A stretch of DNA of 32,000 nucleotides from Melioribacter roseus P3M-2 (GTDB lineage Bacteria; Bacteroidota; Ignavibacteria; Ignavibacteriales; Melioribacteraceae). This document shows positions 26,847-32,000 of the stretch, one piece after another. The position numbers were made by a program, and so were the translations under genes. Numbering within the stretch: the first letter of the stretch is position 1; each line of letters starts with the position of its first letter. A model generated the notes under the pieces. That model ran no database searches and was not told where the DNA came from. It worked only from the letters and a program-made list of their open reading frames with translations. Location: assembly GCF_000279145.1 (NCBI RefSeq), contig NC_018178.1, forward strand, positions 2,653,800-2,685,799. Direction: 5' to 3'.

Positions 26847-26960
26847 AAAGCGTTTTTACGACAATAAATTTTTTTAATAATTTTAGGTGTCCTGGCTCTC
26901 TTTGAAGCGCTCATTTCCAGACTCCCGCTTTTTAATACATTCGATTACGAATTCTCCGCT

Positions 26961-29027
26961 TTGAACGGCATACTGCTGTTTATAGCGGGCGGTCTTGTTT
27001 TTCTAAAATACTCCGACGAATCAGACAGCGTTATTGCAGCTTACCGCAAAATTTCAATCAAATTATTTAGCGTCGCCCTTCTTGTTCTGATCTCCGGCTT
27101 CTCGATTTATCTGTTCGTCAACCGCTGTCCCGTTGAATACGGTATCGCTTTTTATTTTATTATTACTCTGCCTTCTCTTCTGACCGGTTCCGTCGCGGCG
27201 TATATAATTAAACTGATTTTCAAAAAACATCGCTTTGTTGTTTTCATTCTTTTCTCGATAATATTACTATCGTTATCGTTAATTGAATTTTATTTCTACC
27301 CTCAAGTTTATTTTTATAATCCGATCTTCGGATATTTTTCGGGCACAATTTACGACGAGAGTATAGTTATTACCGATAAACTTATTTATTACAGAGTTTT
27401 CAGTTTATTGACGGGGTTTGTAATTCTGCTGGCATCGCTGGAAAATAAGAAGAGAGAAATATTAAACAATACCATACTGGCGGCGTTAATAGCCGCATTG
27501 TTGTTTACGATCTGGATATTCAAACCGGTTCTCGGATTTGCTACGAACAAAAATTTATTGCAAAATAAGCTGGGGTTGCATATCGAAACGCGACACGCAC
27601 AAATATATGCGCCGACGGATTACGGATACGGGAAGTATGCCGTATTGCTGTTCGAATATTATTACGAACGACTAAACGACCTATTCGAATCTAAAGGTGA
27701 ACAAATTCAGGTTTATTTATTCAGGGACAGCCGGCAGAAAAAAGAATTGTTCGGCAGCGGGAGCGTGGATATGTCAAAACCGTGGACTAATCAAATATTT
27801 ACCGACGTCGGCGGCTTCGAATCGACTCTGAAACATGAAATAGTGCATGCTCTGATGGCTAAATATTCAAATCCGCCATTTTATATACCGTTGAATCCGG
27901 CGCTTTTGGAAGGCGCAGCCTCAGCATTGGATAATAATTATTACGGTTATCCGGTGCATTTTATGGCAAAGTTAGCGTACGATAACGGATACCGTACGGA
28001 TATTAAAAAATTATTCACGGATTTTTCCTTCTATTCAAATTACGCGGGCGTTTCATACGTATATGCAGGGTCTTTCGTTAAATATTTGATCGACAAATAC
28101 GGCATAAACGATGTGATTGAATATTACGGCTCGAACGATTTTGTGAAAACATTCAACAAAACGCCCGACGCGGTTATCGAAGAATATTACGATTTTCTTC
28201 AAAATCTTCCCGAAATAAATAATAAAGAGGCGGCACGGCTTTATTTCGGCGGCAAACCCATTTTCAAAAAAACTTGCGTCCGTTACGCCGCGCGTGAAAC
28301 AAACAGGGGATATCGATACTATAATCAGAAAGATTTTTTGAAAGCGACGCAAATATTCGAAAAAGTTTATTCCGAGACGAAATCGTATGAATCGTTGCAG
28401 GGATTGATCAGATCTTACTTGGCGCAAAAAAAATATTCGGAAGCGTTAAAAATTCTTTCAAAAGAAATTAAAAACTTTAACGAAACTCCTTATATTTACG
28501 TATTGAAATTATCGTACGGGGACGTTTCCGCTTTGGCAAATGATTTTGAGGGCGCCCTCAGTTTGTATAAGGAAATTAAAAAGATGAAACTGAATCCCGG
28601 ATACTATTTCAATTCTTCATTGAAAATATATTTAATCGAACAGAATCGAATCAAAGAGTACTTGACCGGCGACAGCGCCGCTAAGAAAAAAATATTGCTC
28701 GACGCGCTGCAAAACGGAGCTTATGAAGTCTTATACGAATTATGCGATTTGATGAATAGCGAAGACGATTTTACGGAGGCGCTGAATAAATTCAAATATA
28801 TCGACAACACGGATGAAAATAATATTTTTCTGTTGATGAAATTATCTCGATGCGCATTAAAAAACGGATATCTGAAAATAGCTAAAGAAATAGCCGTAAG
28901 CGCCGCAAAAGGAATCGACGGTATTTATTGGCGGGAAATAACAGCCGAAAATCTGAGAATGGTCAATTGGTTCGTGAATTTTTCTGGAGACACAGAACTC
29001 AAAACAAATATTCCGGCTTATGATTGA
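26961..29027 (+). CDS. Polytopic membrane protein with peptidase-MA-like HExxH domain and TPR-like C-terminal region
   Basis: About six or seven hydrophobic helices in the first ~190 aa. HEIVH at 27834-27848 is followed by LLEGAASAL as a candidate third-ligand Glu. The C-terminus is helical and repeat-like. The start is uncertain: TTG at 26961, with the frame open back to 26868 through hydrophobic sequence. Confidence 0.7.
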   Translation: MNGILLFIAGGLVFLKYSDESDSVIAAYRKISIKLFSVALLVLISGFSIYLFVNRCPVEYGIAFYFIITLPSLLTGSVAAYIIKLIFKKHRFVVFILFSIILLSLSLIEFYFYPQVYFYNPIFGYFSGTIYDESIVITDKLIYYRVFSLLTGFVILLASLENKKREILNNTILAALIAALLFTIWIFKPVLGFATNKNLLQNKLGLHIETRHAQIYAPTDYGYGKYAVLLFEYYYERLNDLFESKGEQIQVYLFRDSRQKKELFGSGSVDMSKPWTNQIFTDVGGFESTLKHEIVHALMAKYSNPPFYIPLNPALLEGAASALDNNYYGYPVHFMAKLAYDNGYRTDIKKLFTDFSFYSNYAGVSYVYAGSFVKYLIDKYGINDVIEYYGSNDFVKTFNKTPDAVIEEYYDFLQNLPEINNKEAARLYFGGKPIFKKTCVRYAARETNRGYRYYNQKDFLKATQIFEKVYSETKSYESLQGLIRSYLAQKKYSEALKILSKEIKNFNETPYIYVLKLSYGDVSALANDFEGALSLYKEIKKMKLNPGYYFNSSLKIYLIEQNRIKEYLTGDSAAKKKILLDALQNGAYEVLYELCDLMNSEDDFTEALNKFKYIDNTDENNIFLLMKLSRCALKNGYLKIAKEIAVSAAKGIDGIYWREITAENLRMVNWFVNFSGDTELKTNIPAYD

Positions 29028-30432
29028 TTTCAAAAAAGAATTATCCAAATACGACTTTTTAAAAAATTTTACCGAACTGGCAAGTAAAAGAAACGAGAAG
29101 GTATATCTCGTAGGAGGATTTGTCAGAGATATAATCTTGAAAAGAAGCAGGGATGAAATGGATTTCCTGGTGGTCGGCGACGGACCCGAATTTGCAAAAG
29201 AACTTGCAAATCAATTCAATGTGGGTAAGGTTACAATATATAAGAATTTCGGCACCGCTCATTTTAATTATCAGGGAATTTCTTTCGAATTTGTGGGAGC
29301 TCGAAAGGAATCGTACAACAGGCACAGCAGAAATCCGGAAGTTGCTCCGGGAACGCTGGATGACGATCTGAACCGCAGGGATTTTACCATCAATACATTG
29401 GCGCTTTCGTTGAATAAAGATTCTTTCGGCGAGTTGATCGATAAATTCGGCGGTTTGAACGATATTGAAAACAAGGTAATAAGAACGCCTTTGGATCCGG
29501 AGACAACTTTCAACGACGACCCTCTCCGTATTATGCGCGCAGTCAGATTTGCCGCTCAGCTCCAGTTTGATATAGAAGAAAATACTTTGAAAGCGGCTTC
29601 GCAGATGGCCGAGCGTCTTAAAATCGTTTCGCAGGAAAGAATTACGGAAGAGTTTTTTAAGATACTTGCCGCGCCGGCGCCTTCGATTGGACTTAAGTTG
29701 ATGTATGAAAACGGCATAATGAAAGTTGTGTTTCCGGAAATAGCCGAATTGGGCGGAGTGGAACAACGCAAAGATTTTCATCATAAAGATGTTTTTTATC
29801 ATACTTGCATTGTTGTCGACAATCTGGCTAAAGTAACGGATAATATATGGCTGAGATTCGCAGGTTTGGCGCACGATATAGCCAAGCCGAAAACCAAAAA
29901 ATTTATCGAAGGAATCGGATGGACATTCCACGGACACGAGGAAATAGGAGCCAGAATGATGAAGAAAATTTTTCATCGATTGAAATTGCCGATGAATAAA
30001 CTTCATTATGTCGAAAAGCTCGTACGGCTTCATCTGCGTCCCATCGCGCTGGTGGAAGAGCATGTTACCGATTCGGCAATAAGAAGACTGGCGGCGGCGG
30101 CGGGCGAAGATCTAGACGATTTGATTACATTATGCCGCGCCGACGTCACAAGCAAGAATCCCGAAAAAGTTAGCAAGTATCTGTCGAATTATGACCGCGT
30201 TATGGAAAAGGTTAAAGAAGTTCAGGAGAAAGACAAGTTGAGGGCGTTCCAGTCGCCCGTGCGCGGAGACGAAATTATGAAAGTCTGCGGCATTCCCCCA
30301 TCGAGAACAGTCGGCGAAATAAAGAAGGCAATCGAAGAGGCTATTCTCGACGGTAAAATTCAAAATACTTACGAAGACGCATATAATTATTTTTTGCAAA
30401 TAAAAGACGAATATTTAAAGAAAGAAAAATAA
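29020..30432 (+). CDS. CCA-adding tRNA nucleotidyltransferase / poly(A) polymerase family protein with HD domain
   Basis: LVGGFVRDIIL..DEMDFLV nucleotidyltransferase motif, RRDFTINTLA, and an HD domain (HHKDVFYHT..LAHDIAKP). 8-nt overlap with the upstream gene. Confidence 0.88.
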   Translation: MIDFKKELSKYDFLKNFTELASKRNEKVYLVGGFVRDIILKRSRDEMDFLVVGDGPEFAKELANQFNVGKVTIYKNFGTAHFNYQGISFEFVGARKESYNRHSRNPEVAPGTLDDDLNRRDFTINTLALSLNKDSFGELIDKFGGLNDIENKVIRTPLDPETTFNDDPLRIMRAVRFAAQLQFDIEENTLKAASQMAERLKIVSQERITEEFFKILAAPAPSIGLKLMYENGIMKVVFPEIAELGGVEQRKDFHHKDVFYHTCIVVDNLAKVTDNIWLRFAGLAHDIAKPKTKKFIEGIGWTFHGHEEIGARMMKKIFHRLKLPMNKLHYVEKLVRLHLRPIALVEEHVTDSAIRRLAAAAGEDLDDLITLCRADVTSKNPEKVSKYLSNYDRVMEKVKEVQEKDKLRAFQSPVRGDEIMKVCGIPPSRTVGEIKKAIEEAILDGKIQNTYEDAYNYFLQIKDEYLKKEK

Positions 30433-30519
30433 TTTTGAAAATCTTGAAACTTTCTTTTTAATATTGCGTCGTAATCAATGTAAATTCGGTGCAAATAAAG
30501 AGCACAAATAGGAGTGATA

Positions 30520-31866
30520 ATGAAAAAAGTAATTCTGCCATTATTAATTATTCTGACCGCCGTCCCTATAACGGCTCAGAAAAAATTAACGCTCGATAAG
30601 GCAATATCGATAGCGCTCGACCGGAACACTGCGCTAATTAAAACTCAGAATAATATCGAATCAAATTATTCTCAACTCAAGAATGCTTACGGCGAACTTC
30701 TGCCTTCTTTCGGGCTGCAGGCTCAATGGAACTGGCAGCGGGTTAACGACGTTGGCGGCACTCAAAGAGATTTCTTCGGCAATGTAGTCGAAATTCCCCC
30801 CTCCCAAACGGACAGCCGGTACTATTCGGTAGGTATGGGAGGCAATCTGGTGCTGTTTGACGGTCTTGCTAATGTGTCAAATATCTATCAAAAGAAATAT
30901 AATTTGAAAGCCGCCGAGTATAATCTCGAAAAAGTTAAACAAAATGTGGTCTACGAAACCACCGATTATTTTTATCAGGTATTGAACGCGCGCGAATTGA
31001 TGAAAGTCCGCGAAGAAAACGTTAAATATTACCAGAAATTTTACGAAACGGTTAGTGAAAAAAATAAGTTGGGTTCCGTCGCAAAAGCCGACGTCTATAC
31101 AGCGCAGGTGCAACTAGGCAACGCGGAACTTCAACTGATACAGGCTCGCAATACTTATGAAACGGCATTAAGCAATCTGCTGAATTATTTGGGACTCGAC
31201 GTGCTCGAAGATTACGACCTTGTCGATCCGTTCGAGGGGAAGAAAAGCATCGATACCGATTTTTATATGAAAGATTTCGACGATATACAGACAATGGTCA
31301 ACTATGCGCTGGAAAACAGATTCGATTATAAGAGTTTGGAATTCAATCTGAACTCCGCGCGTAAAGGTCTTAATATAGCGCGCTCGGGATTGTTCCCTGT
31401 GCTCTCGGCAAATTACTCCTGGTCGACTTCTTCGGTCGATGTAAATAAATTGTTCGACAGGAAAGTTTTCTACATAGGTGCTACTTTGAGCATACCGATA
31501 TTCTCAAATTGGTCGACAGAAAATCAAATTCAGCTGGCTGAAGTAAATCTTAAAAATATTAACGAAGATTTAAACGCGCTCGAAAGACAGATTAAAATCG
31601 AAATCAAACAGGGTTACCTCGATCTGACCGCTGCCAAAAAGAGTCTCGACGTAGCCACTAAAAACGTCATGGCTGCGGAAGAAAATCGCAAGTTAAATCA
31701 GGAACGCTACAATTTGGGCGCCGGCACCATACTCGACGTGCTTCAATCCGACAGGGATTATATCGACGCGGTAAGGAGCAAAATCAACGCGTTGTATGAT
31801 TTCTATACGAAGTACGACAGGCTGCAGAATTCTCTCGGTAAATTAGATTACAAAAAATTTGAATAA
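30520..31866 (+). CDS. TolC-family outer-membrane efflux protein
   Basis: Signal peptide, and two repeated alpha/beta halves with typical OEP sequence (..LTLDKAISIALDRNTALI.., ..YNLGAGTILDVLQSDRD..). The ATG at 30520 follows GGAG; an alternative GTG lies at 30514. Confidence 0.88.
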   Translation: MKKVILPLLIILTAVPITAQKKLTLDKAISIALDRNTALIKTQNNIESNYSQLKNAYGELLPSFGLQAQWNWQRVNDVGGTQRDFFGNVVEIPPSQTDSRYYSVGMGGNLVLFDGLANVSNIYQKKYNLKAAEYNLEKVKQNVVYETTDYFYQVLNARELMKVREENVKYYQKFYETVSEKNKLGSVAKADVYTAQVQLGNAELQLIQARNTYETALSNLLNYLGLDVLEDYDLVDPFEGKKSIDTDFYMKDFDDIQTMVNYALENRFDYKSLEFNLNSARKGLNIARSGLFPVLSANYSWSTSSVDVNKLFDRKVFYIGATLSIPIFSNWSTENQIQLAEVNLKNINEDLNALERQIKIEIKQGYLDLTAAKKSLDVATKNVMAAEENRKLNQERYNLGAGTILDVLQSDRDYIDAVRSKINALYDFYTKYDRLQNSLGKLDYKKFE

Positions 31867-31881
31867 AAGGAGTTAATTAAA

Positions 31882-32000
31882 ATGGCTAATGGGAAAAAGA
31901 AATCCAGAAAAAAATTATTTGTTTTCGGCGGACTGGGATTGTTGCTTGTTGTTGTAATTCTCCTGGTTGCATTTGCGGGTAATAAAGAAGAAATTATTCC
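31882..32000 (+). CDS. Probable efflux membrane-fusion (periplasmic adaptor) protein, N-terminal fragment (runs off the window)
   Basis: ATG at 31882 after AAGGAG. The product MANGKKKSRKKLFVFGGLGLLLVVVILLVAFAG is a basic N-terminus followed by a TM anchor. The product is inferred from its position directly after the TolC-family gene. Confidence 0.45.
   Translation, partial: MANGKKKSRKKLFVFGGLGLLLVVVILLVAFAGNKEEII

Noticed and set aside
29059-30063. 334-aa ORF antisense to the CCA-adding enzyme gene
   Set aside because: Its composition is strongly biased (F, R, I, S, Q rich with an RRRRR run) and it has no recognisable motifs. It fully overlaps a confidently assigned gene, as expected for a shadow ORF.

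Overview
Moderately AT-rich bacterial chromosomal segment. Gene content and a TAnnTTTG-type promoter motif suggest an FCB-group (Ignavibacteria/Bacteroidota-like) organism, but this is inference only. From left to right: (1) A lipoate-dependent 2-oxoacid dehydrogenase module: lipB 3' part, fused E1 alpha/beta, E2 with two lipoyl domains, and lipA. (2) A translationally coupled four-gene 2-oxoacid:ferredoxin oxidoreductase operon in the order delta-alpha-beta-gamma, ending in a strong terminator. (3) A 22-spacer CRISPR array with the 30-bp repeat GTTTTAATCGCACTATTGTAGAATTGAAAT. No cas gene is recognisable anywhere in the 32 kb. (4) The most unusual region. The 23rd repeat is a variant carrying a 13-nt palindromic insertion, and that variant heads six tandem composite units of 121 to 291 bp built from reiterated hairpin modules. 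An 8-bp-periodic tract follows. Together these form about 1.3 kb of apparently non-coding, highly structured DNA fused in register to the array trailer. (5) Small accessory genes: SRPBCC, YCII-like, a putative beta-barrel, mscL with a zinc-ribbon tail, and a Cys-rich hypothetical. (6) Housekeeping and signalling genes. glnS and gltX are convergent. A hybrid histidine-kinase-like protein has its phospho-acceptor His replaced by Asp and carries three receiver domains. These are followed by DPP-IV-like peptidase, clpP, tig and tRNA-Leu(UAG). Next come a Hanks Ser/Thr kinase fused to a BNR/Ycf48-like propeller, murA, and a polytopic HExxH plus TPR-like membrane protein. The window ends with a CCA-adding/HD enzyme, a TolC-family protein and the start of a probable efflux adaptor. 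No transposase, integrase or phage genes were recognised. All product calls come from motif recognition by eye; no database search was possible.
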